Below are positions 37,366 to 51,235 of a stretch of DNA of 64,000 nucleotides, piece by piece. The stretch covers positions 85,066,001-85,130,000 of the forward strand of contig NC_058368.1 in assembly GCF_018350175.1 (NCBI RefSeq). Reading direction: 5' to 3'. Within the stretch, counting starts at the first letter, position 1. Each line of letters begins with the position of its first letter. The position numbers were made by a program, and so were the translations under genes. Below the pieces are notes generated by a model. That model was not told the origin of the DNA. It was given only the letters and a program-made list of their open reading frames with translations, and made no database searches. This DNA is from Felis catus. Its lineage: Eukaryota.

Positions 37366-39168
37366 TAGAGATCTGTTACTAATCTTATTGATCTTCCCTT
37401 GTGAGTTGGAGACTTAAAGTTATCTTGCTGTTTCTAAGATTTTTTCTTTACTCTATATTTTACAAATTTAACTACAATATGGCGTGTTGCCTGCTTTTGT
37501 TGATTTTAATGGGATATCTCTGTGCCTTTTAGAACGGGATGTCTGTTTCCTTCCCAAGACTAGGAACATTTTCTGTTATTATTTCTTCAAATAAAATTTC
37601 TGTCCATTTTATCTCTTCTTCTGGGACTCCTATAATATGAATGTTTTTACATTTGGTAGAATCACAGTTCATTTAATATATTCTCATGTTGCATACTTCT
37701 TTTTTATTCAGTTTTATTACCTTCCATTATTTTAACTTCTAGGTCACTAATTTATTTCTCTGCTTCTTCCAGCCTGGTTTCAATTGCATCAAGCCCATTT
37801 CCAATCTTGTTCATTGGACCCTTCATCTCTGATTCATTCTTTTTGAACTCTTTTATCTCTGTGGTAAGGGTCTGACTGATGTTGTCTATTCATTTATTGA
37901 GCCCAGTGAGTATCCTTATGCTTGTTAGTTTCAGTTCTCCATCAGAGAACTTATACTTATGTACTTATATCTGTTTCACTTAGATCTTTGACTGTGGCCT
38001 TATCTTTTACTTTCATTTTGGATATATTCCTCTGTATTCACATTTTATCTAAGTCCTTGCCTTTTTTGTGTTAGAAAAACTAGTTATATCCCCTGCTGCT
38101 GAATGCAATGACCTTGTAAAGAAGAGGTAAAGAAGTGCCCAGGGCCTGGTGCTTCAGGAGGTGTCACTGTCATGTGCTGCATGTGTTCTCTTGTTATGTT
38201 TTGGCTGCTCTTTCATGTCAGTCATCTTCAGAGGCTCTTTTTGTCTGATTTGCACAGGTTTTGTCTCTTGCTTAAATGTATGAGTTTTAACTAGGTGTGA
38301 TATGGTCTGCTTGTGAAAATGAGACCTTTCACCACCTCCACCAGATTTGAAGCCCTGGAGAAACCTCTTGTGTGGATACTTGGTGTGGGCAGAGATTTCT
38401 GCTGCTTTCTGGGTCAGAGGCCTACCCTAATGGAACTGATGCTAGTGTGACTGAGAAGGGCAGTTCCACCAGAGAGTAGGGGTGTAGGGCTTTATGTGTG
38501 CAAGTTAGGCAACGATTGTCAGTGCTATACTCCTTCTTGCAGGTGGCTTTGTGTTTATGCTGAAGGTAAGGGGAGAGAAGTGGTTCTAGTCAGCTATATT
38601 GTTCCTGGAAAGGTGACTTCCCAAAAACTGACTCCCAGGGACCCACTCTGAGAAGTGCGAATAATCTCCTCACTGTGTGCCCCAGTTACTCTTCCAATCT
38701 GTGTTTCCACATTGTGTGCCCCCAGGTTGTTTGCCTGCCTTCTCTCCAGGAGAAACCCTGCACCCGCTAGGCTCCATTTCAGTCAAGCCCTTTGACTTAC
38801 AAGACCCTAAGCCCTGCTGGTTGCAAAAACTCTGGGAAATCAGCCCCTCTTTTTTTCCCAGCCAATAAGTTCAGGGAAATGTTCTCAATGTGCATTCCCC
38901 TGTGTGCTCCTCTCTCTCTTTCCCTTCTCCCCTATTACAGCTTCCTCCCCTCCACATTGTCTGGGATCCCATTCTCTGCTAAAACACCTCTCCACACTTT
39001 CTACCTTCTTTGATGTAGGTTTTTCCCTCACTTTATTTGTGGAGTTTGTTCTGTCAGTATTCTGGTTGATTTTTGAGGTATTTAGGATGATTTGATAGTC
39101 ATCTAGTTGGTTTTGTATGCTGAGGTGAGTCTAGGGTCCTCCTATCTTTCTGCCATATTCCTGTCTCT
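37366..39168 (-). mobile_element. LINE-1 ORF1 and 5'UTR (possibly the 5' end of copy D)
   Basis: Second ORF1-like block; ends ctcctatctttctgccatatt (L1 5' start on minus). Confidence 0.8.
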
Positions 39169-40029
39169 CTATTCTGAAAATATTTAATTTAATATGTAGG
39201 CTACTAACTACATTAATGGGGATTGGAGAAAAATAAATTACCATAAGACACTTTGTTATGAGACTATGTGAAATGTAAAATATATTTTCTTCTTTTACCA
39301 TTATATATTTTTCATTACTTATTAGAAATTTGAGTAAATGTAAGAGTTCAATATGAATAGTCTAATTTTTTTAATATTGATAATTGAAAAAGAAGTTGAT
39401 AGAGAAAAATAGGTTAAAGATGAGAAACATAATTGGTAACTTTTTTTATTGTTGGAAGTAAAATATCAAGTTGATAACATATTCTAAAAAATTCCTTCTC
39501 CCTCTCCATTTATTTTTTTCATTATAGACATCTTTTGGTTAATAATAATGTTTAATTACAACTTTCATGTAAATAATGAATTATTACATAATCATAGATC
39601 TATGCATGCATAGAAAAAAATGGTTTTTCCCATACTTTGAGATGTAACACAAAAATTGAAAAAGAGATATTTGAAAAGTGCTGCTAATGGGGACCATATG
39701 CTTATTATAGGCAGTTTACATTAGCATCATGTTGATGCATTTAGAGAATATTTTATTCAAATTTTGTGATATTTAAAAAGATAATATCAATAAAGAAGAA
39801 TGACTTGATAAAGACAAAGGAAATTAGTGTAACAATGACAAATTCAAATGAAGCTGAAGGAAATTTAGCATTGGTTTAAGAGAAAATGATTTTCATTTCT
39901 GTGACTAAACATTACTTTCTGAGACTCAGAAGGTTACTTCAATTTAAGTTGATATAATTAAATAGGGGGAAAAAACATGTTGACTCTAAGGAGGTATATA
40001 GCAAATTTGTACTTGGGACATCCTGTGGT

Positions 40030-40775
40030 GGACACATGAAAAGGTACTCAACATCACTAGCCATCAGAGAAGTGCAAATCAAAACCACAATGAGATATCA
40101 CCTCACATGTGTTGAATTGGTTATCATCAAGAAAATAGTAACATTTATTGGAGGGGATGTGAGAAAAGGGATTCCTTGTACAATGTTGGTGGGAATGCAA
40201 ATTGTTTTATCTACAATGCAAACAGTATAGAGGTTCCTTGAAATATTAAAAATGAAACTACCATATTATTTACCATAATTTCACTTCTGTGTATATATCC
40301 AAAGGAAATGAAAACAGCATATCAGAAAATATCTCCACTCTCATGTTTATTGCAACAACATATTCACAATAGCCATGATATAGAAACAACCTAAAGTGTC
40401 CATCAATGAATGAATGGATTAATAAATATAAACATGTATTATGTATTTATATATTTTTATATATCATCAACTATGAGAAAGAATGAAAGTCTACCATTTG
40501 AGAAAATATGGATGAACTAAGTGAGATAAATCAGAAAAGAAAGACAAATATTGGATAATACCACTTATATGTGGAAACTATAAGGCTGAACTTGTACAAA
40601 CAGAGAATAGAATGGTGGTTACCAGAGGCTGAGGGAGTGGGGGAATTGGGGAGATGTTGTTAAAGGTTATAAACTTGCAACCAGGAGATGAATGTGTTCT
40701 GAAAACATAATGGACAACATACTAACAGTCAAGAATACTGTAATATGTCCCTTAAAGTTGCTAAGAAAAAAAAAT
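40030..40775 (+). mobile_element. Old L1M 3' fragment
   Basis: aaaaccacaatgagatatcacctcaca; ggtggttaccagaggctg. Confidence 0.85.
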
Positions 40776-40816
40776 GTATTTGACTTAAACCCACAATAGA
40801 CGTAAGCCCAGATATA

Positions 40817-40857
<41 letters not shown>
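40817..40857. repeat. (CA)n microsatellite
   Basis: Direct sequence. Confidence 0.9.
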
Positions 40858-40860
<3 letters not shown>

Positions 40861-41879
40861 TTCAAGCCTTCTCTCTTTGTAACCTACAAAGGAAGAATTT
40901 AGTGATCTTATAAATTGTTTAATTTATTTATCTAGTCCCCTTATCTCAAATGGTGTTTCATGACTCAGCCTCATGCTTCATCTTATGAAAATGCAGTTTT
41001 CCTTTGTGAGTGCGAGACTGTGTTGAGCGAAAATAAGGAAACTTCTTTATCTACTGTGATCTCATTAAAATATCTGGGAAACCTATGTTGTGATTATTTC
41101 AGCAGAAAGTTTCTCATGATTAACCCTTAGGGTAACTTGGCCATTTATATTCTTGTCTATGGCTTCCAATTGCTTAAAATAACTATGTCCACATATTAAC
41201 AACTGATCCAAATGTATTTTTGGTATAGAAACAAAAATGTGTAAAATGAAAATAGAAGTAAATTAGTCACTTGTTTATCCAAATAAGTTGGAACTTAAAC
41301 TACGGTCAGATTTCTTCCCTAAAAGTTTCTCAACAGGGTCTGTAAATTAAATTTAATAAATTAAACCAATATACTTTAAGTTTCTTATATTAGCCTGGAA
41401 CAGTAATAAAGAGTGTGGATCACTAAAAAAATAGATAAAGTTTATGATATCAGTAAACAGTTAGATAAACAGTACACAGAGCATATGAAGGAGGGATATT
41501 TTTAAGGCTTCTGTATAAAAAGTTATATAATATGGCTATCCTAAAATAATTTAACTGATGCTATTTGAAAATAATTCTATTGAATATCTTGTAAACTTTG
41601 AACAATAACAGAAATAAAACACAATAGTTCATTACATATATGTTGGTTCTAGTTTCATTTGATCATTACTAAAATTTGACTGTAAATCATGAAAGAAAGC
41701 TTCCTTGAAGCAATAGAAACATTATTTTGTAACTAAGAATACTCTTTTGTTTCAACATTGATAAAACTAGGCCCAAATGTTTACAATGTTGGGTTAATAT
41801 TTCAACTCAAACTATCTAAGTCTTGTAGAGCTGTTGCCCCTTCATACTATTGTCTAAGAATGTTTAGCTAGAATTATTT

Positions 41880-42501
41880 CAATTATTTCAAATCCCTCCT
41901 AACATCATAGTCTCCTGCAGGGATGTTTCAGAACACAACAGAACATGTAAAAGAAGATGGATAGTTCAGATAAAATATAGTAAGAAAAGAGGAAGGAGTT
42001 GAAGGATACAGACTGGAAGGATTGTGAGACAGAGAAAAGTACCATGGAGACAAAAAAGCTGATGATCCTGGCCCCCAGAGCTAGTGTTTTGCATACATAC
42101 CAGTTCATGATGAGCAGATTATATCTGTGAGTAACAAATAGTTACATAACGATCTAACGTCATCATTGCAAGGAGAAAGTTGTCAGTTGTCTCCATGAGT
42201 ACAGTAATATAGGCCTAGGCAAGGCAGAATTTGTAAGGTATGACTTTTCTGCTTTCAAAAAAGATGAAAAAATGCCTTGGAGACCATAAATGTATTAAAA
42301 AAATGTTAAAAAGTCAGATCATAGATGACAAAATTCTTAGAAAGAGGAATGAAGAATTACTAAAGTTATGATGACTGTTCTAAAAATATTAGGCAAGGAG
42401 GACAAAGAGAAGAGGAAATTGAGAAAGATATCAACCAGGAATATTTACAAAATCCAACAAGTAATGGCTCACTTAACATTGGCTGAATTCTTATGTTCCA
42501 T
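41880..42501 (-). pseudogene. Heavily decayed, 3'-truncated olfactory receptor pseudogene
   Basis: Across frameshifts: MEHKNSANV/SEPLLVGF; KVIPYKFCLA*AY; TDNFLLAMMTLDRYVTIC; IMNWYVC; SETSLQETMM. Confidence 0.85.
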
Positions 42502-42524
42502 TTCATCTATTAAAATTCCCCTCC

Positions 42525-42712
42525 CGCCTTTTTTTAAGAGAGAGAGAGAACATCAAAGGGGGAAGGGCAGAAGTGGAGCAAGAATTCCAAGTAGGCTTCA
42601 CGCTGTCAGTGTAGAGGCTGACACGGGGCTCAAACTCACAAAATGTGAGATCATGACCTGAGTCGAAATCAAGAGTTGAATGCTTAACCAACCGAACCAC
42701 CCAGGCACCCCT
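42525..42712 (-). mobile_element. Can-SINE
   Basis: gagatcatgacctgagtcgaaatcaagag...caggcacccc. Confidence 0.88.
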
Positions 42713-42894
42713 GGAATTTACCTCTCTAAAGAATGAGAAGGAGAAAATAAAAATAGTTTATTGACAATTTCAAGGTTAAATAGATTGTCTTTCACATCAA
42801 GTGCAATGCCAATGACAAATGTGTGTTAAATAGGAATAACAAGTATTTGTGAAATTGTATTGGGCAAATATTTGATTAAAAAAATAAGATCCAA

Positions 42895-43910
42895 AATACA
42901 CAAACTGGAATTTATTAAAAGAAAAAAAACGCACCTTAAAAGTTGCTATCAAGAGAGTATAAAATGCCACCTATAGAATGGGAGAAAACATTTGCAAATA
43001 ATATGTCTGATAATGTTTTAATATTCAGAATATATAATGAGCATCTACAACTAAACTTAATAATAAGCACAGAACATCAACAAACATTTCTCCAAAGAAG
43101 CAAGTGACCAATAAATATACCTGACAACATTAGTCATTAGGAAAATATTGATCAAAACTACAGTTAGATAACACTTTACATCTACTACAATGATCATAAT
43201 AAAAATAAATAGTAGCAGTTTTTGGCAAAGATTGAAAAATTCTATAACTTGTGCATTGCTAGTGGGCATGTAAAATGGTGCAGAAAAACAGTGTGAAATT
43301 TAATGACGTAAAGTGGTGCAGAAAAAGTTAGGAAAATCTTTAAAAAGCTATGTATGAATTACCGGATGATCCAGCAATACCACTCTTAGGTACATATGGA
43401 AAAGAAATAAGAACAAGAACTCTCAAAGATAATTGTAGATGATTGTTTATAGAAGGATAGTCACAGTAGTCAAAACCTGAAAACAACCTAATTGTGTATC
43501 AAAAGATAAATAAATAAACAAAATGCAGAATATAAAAACAAAGTGTTATTCATTCATAAAAAAGAATGGAGTTTTGAAACATGCTACAATCAGTATTTAA
43601 TTTGAAAGCATTGTGTTAAGTAAAATAAGGCAAACATGAAAGGACAAATGTGTATAATTCCTTTTACATGAACTATCTACAATAGTCAAATTCACAGAAA
43701 TATGACATAAATTAGTGATTAGGAGGGGATAAATAAGGAAACAGAATTATTGCTTAATGTGTCTAGACTTGGGGTGATGAAAAATTTTGGAAAGAAGTAA
43801 TAGTGATGTTTGCATAATATTGTAAATGTAATCAATGCCACTGAAATGAACGCTTAAATTGGTCAAAATGATTAATTTTGTATATTAATAAAACAATAGA
43901 AAAATAATAC
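42895..43910 (+). mobile_element. Old L1M 3' fragment
   Basis: agaatgggagaaaacatttgcaaat; gatccagcaataccactcttagg. Confidence 0.8.
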
Positions 43911-44086
43911 AACTACAAATTAAACTCTGAATTACCTATGTTTGAAAAATAGACCAGCAACTTTTTAATGTAAAACTGGGAATTTCATCTACTTCTACAA
44001 ATTTCTCATATATATAATACAACACTTCCCTTTATTTGACTAATCAAACATTATTTTTAATTTTTTTAAAAAAGAACTATTGGTTC

Positions 44087-44220
44087 AGGGGTGCCTGGGT
44101 GGCTCACTTGGTTGAGTGATCCACTCTGGATCTTAGCTCACGTCTTGATCTTAGGGTCATGAGTTCAAGCCCCGACAATGGGCTCAGCATTGGGCTCAAA
44201 GCCTGCTTGAAACAAAAAAC
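44087..44220 (+). mobile_element. Short Can-SINE variant without a CT tract
   Basis: ggggtgcctgggtggctc...gagttcaagcccc...cctgcttgaaa. Confidence 0.8.
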
Positions 44221-45287
44221 GGAGCTTGCCAGGGGCCAACATGGTGGAGAAGTAAGGGTATCTTCCCGTGTTTCTCAAAGAAGAGCTAAAGCCAAAGGAC
44301 TTTGAACCCCAAAGTCTGGGAGGAAAAGAGACTGTACCTACCAGGAAGAAAATGGGAAAACTGGAGAAAAGATAGGTGTGTGATTGTGAACTGGGGGAGA
44401 TAAAAAAGGTCAAGTGGGTACAGAGGGGAGGGACCCCCTTTGGCTGAGAGACAAAGGGAAGAGAAAGAGCAGCTAGGGAAGTGTGGGGCCCTATCTGGAC
44501 AGGAGAAAGACCTTGGACTGAGACTGAGAGGGATCCTATCTCTAACTGTGGGGCTTTCTTAAGACTAGGGCTGGCTCCCTGTTTGTGCACCTGGGGGGAG
44601 GGGAGCCAACCCTAGGTGCGGTCGTAGGTCAGGGGTGCAGTCCACAGTAGCAGAAAGCAGTACCTTCCCTAAAGGGCTGTGAGATAGTACAAAGTCTGCG
44701 TGTGCCATCCCCAGACTCAGTGGGTGGGCTGAGGGTACAGTCCACAGTAGGAGAAAGTGGCCCCCTCCTGAAGTGCTGTGGGAAAATACAAAGCCTGCCT
44801 GTGTCTTCTTGTGTCCACCACCCAGGGCTCAATGGTGAGGTTGGTGACACATTCCACACTAGTAGAAGGCAGTCCTCCCTGAAGTACAGTGGCACAAAGC
44901 CAGCCAAGACCACATATCAGGCTGCACTGAGAGGTACTTCCACAATGCCAGAGTGCACAGAGCTGGACTTTGAACCCTCGCCAAGCACAGGGTCAGGGGA
45001 GTTGGCAGAGTGAGAAGGACTGCCTTGTCTGCGCCCAGGGCACAGTGAGGACAACTCAAATGGAGTCCACTGGGTCTGGCTCTGTGAAGAGACTGGAGGA
45101 TCGCCATCCCCCCCCCCCACCACCAAGGCAGGCCCTCAGGCATCAGTCCTGGGGCTCATAGTGGAGGTGGGTCCAAACTTCAACAACAACAACAAAAAAA
45201 AAACACCTTCGCACCAAGGAACTGCGTATTCACTGGAGTTGGACAGACCCTGCAAACAGCTCCCCCAGACCATCACTGCAGCACTAC

Positions 45288-45327
45288 CTGAATTAACTGA
45301 ATTAACTGAATTAACTGAATTAACTGT
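45288..45327. repeat. 9-bp tandem repeat (CTGAATTAA) x4
   Basis: Direct sequence. Confidence 0.9.
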
Positions 45328-48300
45328 AGGTAAATTCTGGATGCATGGATATATTCTCCCCCTCCCCATTTCTCCTTCTTATCTCTTCCGTCCTATAGGT
45401 TGGTTATTCAGGTTATTGGTTTGTCTAAACAGACATATTTAATGCATTTAATGTTCTACACCACCTTCTTTACATTCCTTTCTCTCTCTCTGGAATAATC
45501 AAGCCATATAGTTTCCTGTCTGGGTAACTTTATTTTCATTTCTTTTTCCCCATCTCCTTCTTTATTTTCCTTTCTCTCTCTCTAGATTAAGCCTTTTAGT
45601 CTCTCTGCATAGTCAATGTTTATTTTTCTCTTTTTCCCCACCCCTGTCATTTCTCTCTTTGTATGTGCTCTTCCAACAGCATTGCCTCCACCCTGTTCTT
45701 TACTTGTCGTTGGTGTTTTTGGGTTTTTTGTTTTTAGTTTCTAGTTTTTTGTCTTTGTTTATTTGCTTGTTTGTGTTATTCGCTTGTGCATTTGTGTGTT
45801 TCTGTCTCCTATTAGCCTATCTGTTTTCCTTTACAGGGATACTCCAAGGTACATATCAAAGCACACACATTGGAGGGTCCAAAATATCCCTACAAGTAGG
45901 GAAATAAAATAACCAAAATCATAGCAACAGAGAGCAAGTAACAATCTCCAATAAAACACCTCCTAAGGTCCAGGCCCTGGAGAGCGTATGACCCCCGCCC
46001 CCTTTAATATACCAGTGCTCACAGGTGCAGAGCACACAAAAAACTTGTAAACGCATAAGTGACAGAAAAGTAGCCAAGATAACGAAACAGAAGAATTTTC
46101 CTCAAAGGAAACTCTAGGAAGTAGCAAGAGCTAATTATTTGATCAAAACGAATTTAAGCAATATAACTAAAGAATTTATAAAAATAGTCATAAAATTAAT
46201 TGCTGGGCTTGAAGAAAACATAGAGGACAGCAGAGAATCTATTTCTACAGAGATCAAGGGAATAAAAAATAGTCATGATGAATTAAAAAATTCTATAAAT
46301 GAGGTGCAAAATAAAATGGAGGCAGCCACAAGCACAAATTGAAGAGGCACGGGAGAGAATAGGTGAATTAGAAGATAAAATTATGGAAAAAGAGTAAGCT
46401 GAGAAAAAGAGAGATAAAAAATCCAGAAGTATGAGGGGAGAATTAGAGAACTAAGTAATGCAATCAAATGGAACAATATCCATATCATAGGAATTCAAGA
46501 AGGAGAAAAGAGAGAGAAAGGGCTGAAGGTGTACTTGAACAAATCATAGCTGAGAACTTCCCTGATCTGGGGAAGGAAAAAAGCATTGAAATCCAAGAGG
46601 CACAGAGAACTCCCTTCAGGCATAATTTGAAACATCTTCTTCACGACATATCACAGTGAAACTGGCAAAATACAAGAATAAAGAGAGACTTCTGAAAGCA
46701 GCTAGGGATAAACAGACTCTAACTTACAAAGGTAGACACATAAGAGTAGTCACAGACCTATCTACTGAAACTTGGCAGGCTAGATAGTCACAGACCTATC
46801 TAGAAACTTGGCTAGAGCCCAGAGGCTCTGTGCTTGCAGCACAGAGCCCGGAGGCAGGAAATCTTCTAGGCAGGCTAGAATGGCAGGAAATCTTCAATGT
46901 GATGAACAGAAAAAAATATGCAGCCAAGAATCCTTTATTTAGCATGTCTGTCATTCAGAATAGAAGGAGAGATAAAGGTTTTCCCAAACAAACAAAAACT
47001 GAAGGAATTCATCACCACTAACCTAGCCCTACAGAAGACCCTAAGGGGGACTCTGTGAGTGAAATGGTCAAGGACCACAAAGTACCAGAGACATCACTAC
47101 AAGCATGAAAACTACAGATAACCCAATGACTCTTAACACATATCTTTCAATAATAACACTGAATATAAATGGATTAAATGCTCCAAACAAAAGACATATG
47201 GTATCATAATGAAAAACAAAAAAACAAAAAACAAGACCATATATTTGCTGTCTACAAGAGACTCATTTCAGACTAGATAGACTAAGAGGAGAGAAAAACA
47301 CATTTAGACCTGACACCTTCAGATTGAAAGTGAGGGGATAGAGAAGTATCTATCATGCTGCTGGAAGTCAAAAGAAAACCAGAGGAGCAATACTTATATC
47401 AGACAAACTAGACATTAAATTAAAGGTTGTAACAAGAGATGAAGAAAGGCATTATATAATAATTACAGAGTATATCCATCAGGAAGAATTAACAAGTATA
47501 AATGTCTATGCACTGAATTCAGAAGCACCCAAATATATAAAACATTTAATCACAAACATAACCAACCTTATTGGTAAGAATGTGGTAATTGCAGGGGAAT
47601 TTAATATTCCACTTATGACAATGGATAGATTATCTAGACAGAAAATCATTAAGAAACAATGGCCCTGAATGATACATTGGACCAGAAGAACTTGAAAGAT
47701 ATATTTAGAACTCTAGATCCTGAAGCAGCAGAATTTACTTTCTTCTCAAGTGCACATGCAACATTCTCCAAGATAGATCACATACCCACATAGAGTATCA
47801 TGTCATCTGTGAAGAGAGAAAATTTGACTTCTTCCTTGCTGATTTGGATGCATTTTCTTTCTTCGTGTTGCCTGATTGCTAAGGCAAGGACTTCTAACAC
47901 TGTGTTGAACAACAGTGGTGAGAGAGGATATCCCTGTCATGTTCCTGACCTTATGAGGAAAGCTGTCAGTTTTTCCCCATTTGGGATGATATTAGCTGTG
48001 GGTCTTTCATATATGGTCTTTACGATTTTTTATGTTATATGCCTTCTATGCCTACTTTCTTGATGGTTTTTAATCAAGAAAAGATGTTGTATTTTCTCAA
48101 ATTATTTTTCTGCACTTATTGAAATGATCATGTGGTTCTTATCCTTTCCTTTATTAATGTGATGTATCACCTTGATTGATTTTCAGATATTGAACCAACT
48201 CTGCAGCCCAGGAATAAATCCCACATGATCATAGTGAATAATTCTTTTAATATATTGTTATGTTTCATTTGTTAGTACTTTACTGAGAAAATTTGCACCC

Positions 48301-48962
48301 ACATTCATAAGGGAGATAGGTCTGTAACAATTCTTTTTTGTGGGGTTTTTGCCTGGTTTTGGAATCCAGGTAATGTTGGCCTCATAGAATGAGTTTGGAA
48401 GTTTCCCTTCCTTTCCTATATTTTGGAACAGCTTCAAAAGAATATATATTAACTCTTCTTTAATTGTTTGGCCATCTCTTCAGCAAATGGTATTGGGAAA
48501 ACTTGAAAGCAACATGTAAAAGAATCAACCTTGATCACTTTCTTACACCATACACAAAAATAATCTCAAAATGGATGAAAGACCTAAATGTAAGATAAGA
48601 ACCATCAAAATCCTAGAGGATAAAATAGGCAACAACCTCTTTGACCTCAGCTGCAACAATTTCTTCCTAGATATATCTGCTGAGGCAAGGGAAACAAAAG
48701 CGAAAATGAACTATTGGGATTTAATCAAGATAAAAATTTCTGCACAGCAAAAGAAACAATCAACAAACTAAAAGGCAACCAATGGAATGGGAGAAGATAT
48801 TTGCAAATGACATATCAGAAAGTTGGTTAGTATCCAAAATCTATAAAGAACTTATCAAACTCAACACCCAAAATCAAATAATCTAGTGAATAAATGGGCA
48901 AAAGGCATGAACTGACACTTTTCGTGGTGAATAGACACAGATGGTTAATAGACACATAAAAA

Positions 48963-49419
48963 TTTTGGCTACTGTTGGTAGTGCTGCTATAAACATGGGG
49001 GTGCATATGTCCCTTTAAAACAGTACACCTGTATCCCTTGGATAGATGCCTAGTAGTGTAATTGCTGACTCATAGGGTAGTTCTATTTTTCGTTTTTTTT
49101 GAGGAATCTCCATACTGTCTTCCAGAGTGGCTGTACCAGCTTGCATTTCCACCAACAATGCAAAAGAGATCGTCTTTCTCCGCATCTTTGCCAACATCTG
49201 TTGTTGCCTGAGTTGTTAATGTTAGCTATTCTGACAGGTGTCAGGTGGTATCTCATGACAAAACAAAAGATATTCATAAATATGGAGAACAAACTGAGGG
49301 TTACTAGAGGGGTTGTGGTAGGGGGATGGGCTAAATGGGTAGGGGGCTCTAAGGAATCTACTCCTGAAATCATTGTTGCACTATGTGCTAACTAATTTGG
49401 ATGTCAATTTTTAAAAATA

Positions 49420-49455
<36 letters not shown>

Positions 49456-49486
49456 AAAATGTAAAGACAAAAAAATAAATTAAAAA
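48963..49486. mobile_element. Twin-primed L1 nested in L1 copy F
   Basis: 16-bp TSD aatagacacataaaaa (48947 / 49487); antisense 48963-49256, sense 49257 to (TAAA)n. Confidence 0.9.
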
Positions 49487-50056
49487 AATAGACACATAAA
49501 AAGTTGCTCAATATCACTCATTATCAGGGAAATAAAAACCAAAACCACAATGAGATATACCTCACACCTGTCAGAATGGCTAAAATTGACAACTTGGGAA
49601 ACAATAGATGTTTTCAAGGATGCAGAGAAAGGGGAATACTTTTGCACTGTTGGTGGTGATGCATTCTTGTGCAGCCGCTCTGGAAAACAGTATGGAAATT
49701 CCTCAAAAATTTAAAAATAGAGATACGCTATACCCAGCAATTGTATCACTAGGTATTTATCCAAAGAACACAAAAATGACGATTCGAAGGGGCACACGCA
49801 CCCCAATGTTTATAGCAGTTCTATCAACAATAGCCAAATTATGGAATGAGCCCAAATGTCCATTGACTGACCAATGGATAATGAAGATGTAGTATTTATG
49901 TATACAATGAAATATTACTTGATGATCAAAAAGAATGAAATCTTGCCACTTGCAAAACCTTGGATTGACCTAGAATGTATTATGCAAAGCAAAATAAGTC
50001 AGTCAGAGAAAAGGAAATACATGTTTCCTCTCATGTGCTATTTAAGAAACAAAACA

Positions 50057-50500
50057 GGGGTGCCTGGGTGGCTCAGTTAAGCGACTGACTTTGGGTTCAG
50101 GTCATGATCCTGCAGTTCGTGAGTTTGAGCCCCAGGTCGGGCTCTGTGCTGATAGCTCAGAACCTGGAGCCTGCTTCGGATTCCGTGTCTCCCTCTCCTT
50201 CTGTCCCTCCCCTACTTGCACTCTGTCTCTGTCTGTCTCAAAAATAAATAAACATTATTATTATTTTTTTTTTAAAGAAAGAAACAGAGCAGATGGGAAC
50301 ACCTGGATGGCTTAGCTGGTTAAGCATCCGACTTTGACTCAGGTCATAATCTCATGGCTCATGAGTTCAATCCTGCCATCGGGCTCTGTGCTGACATCTC
50401 AGAGACCAGAGCCCACTTCAGTTTCTATGTCTCCCTCTCTCTTTGTCCCTCACCTGATCATGCTCTCTCTCACTTCAAAAATAAATAAACATTAAAAAAA
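50057..50500 (+). mobile_element. Two tandem Can-SINEs (about 50057-50255 and 50295-50500)
   Basis: Two SINE heads, CT tracts and AATAAA tails. Confidence 0.88.
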
Positions 50501-51035
50501 ATCAGGTGAACATAGGGGAAAGAAAGGAAAATAAGATAAAAGCAGAGAGGATGGCAAACCATAAGAGATGCTTAAATACAGAGAAAAACTGAGTGTTACT
50601 GGAGAGGTTTTGGGTGGGGGGATGGGCTAAATAGGTGATGGGCATTAAGGAGGGCACTCTGGATGAGCACTGGGTGTTGTATATTAGTGATGAATTACTA
50701 AACTCTAATCCTAAAACCATTATTACACTATATGTTAACTAACTTGTATTTAAATTAAAAAAAAGTTTTTAAAAAAGCCTCAGAATTTACCCAATATTTA
50801 TAATCTTGTGAGCGTGAGTGCATATGTGTGTGTGTGTGTGTGTGTGTGTAAGTGTGTGTCTTTCTTACAGAACCATAGAGCTGAAAAATTTATTTCTTCT
50901 GAAATTGGAAAATGTAAAATTAATAAAGAGACACACACACATATATACCTTTATTATTACACTACTATTACTTTAACTACATTACATTGTTAAGCAGAAC
51001 TACTGACACCACCATAAGGACTATATTATAATAGT

Positions 51036-51165
51036 TATATATATATATATATATATACATATATATGTATATATATATATACACACACATATATATTTAC
51101 TTATTTATATATATATATTTACTTATTTATATATATATTATATATATAATATATAATTTATATAC
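51036..51165. repeat. (TA)n-rich compound microsatellite
   Basis: Direct sequence. Confidence 0.85.
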
Positions 51166-51235
51166 ATTACTATCACCAATACCAAAACACTTTTCTTTCA
51201 TGTTTATTCAATCACTTTAAAATATATGATACATC

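Larger units (their letters stand above)
44230..50770 (+). mobile_element. LINE-1 copy F: 5'UTR, ORF1, EN, inverted ORF2 block (47788-48470), sense 3' part with nested L1 and SINEs
   Basis: ccaacatggtggagaagtaagg start; IIAENFPDLGKE; SKIDH end at 47786; NYWDLIKIK; 3'UTR and A tail. Confidence 0.88.

Noticed and set aside
45288..45327. CTGAATTAA repeats as a homeodomain-site array or CRISPR-like repeat
   Set aside because: Spacer-less local slippage inside an L1 5'UTR
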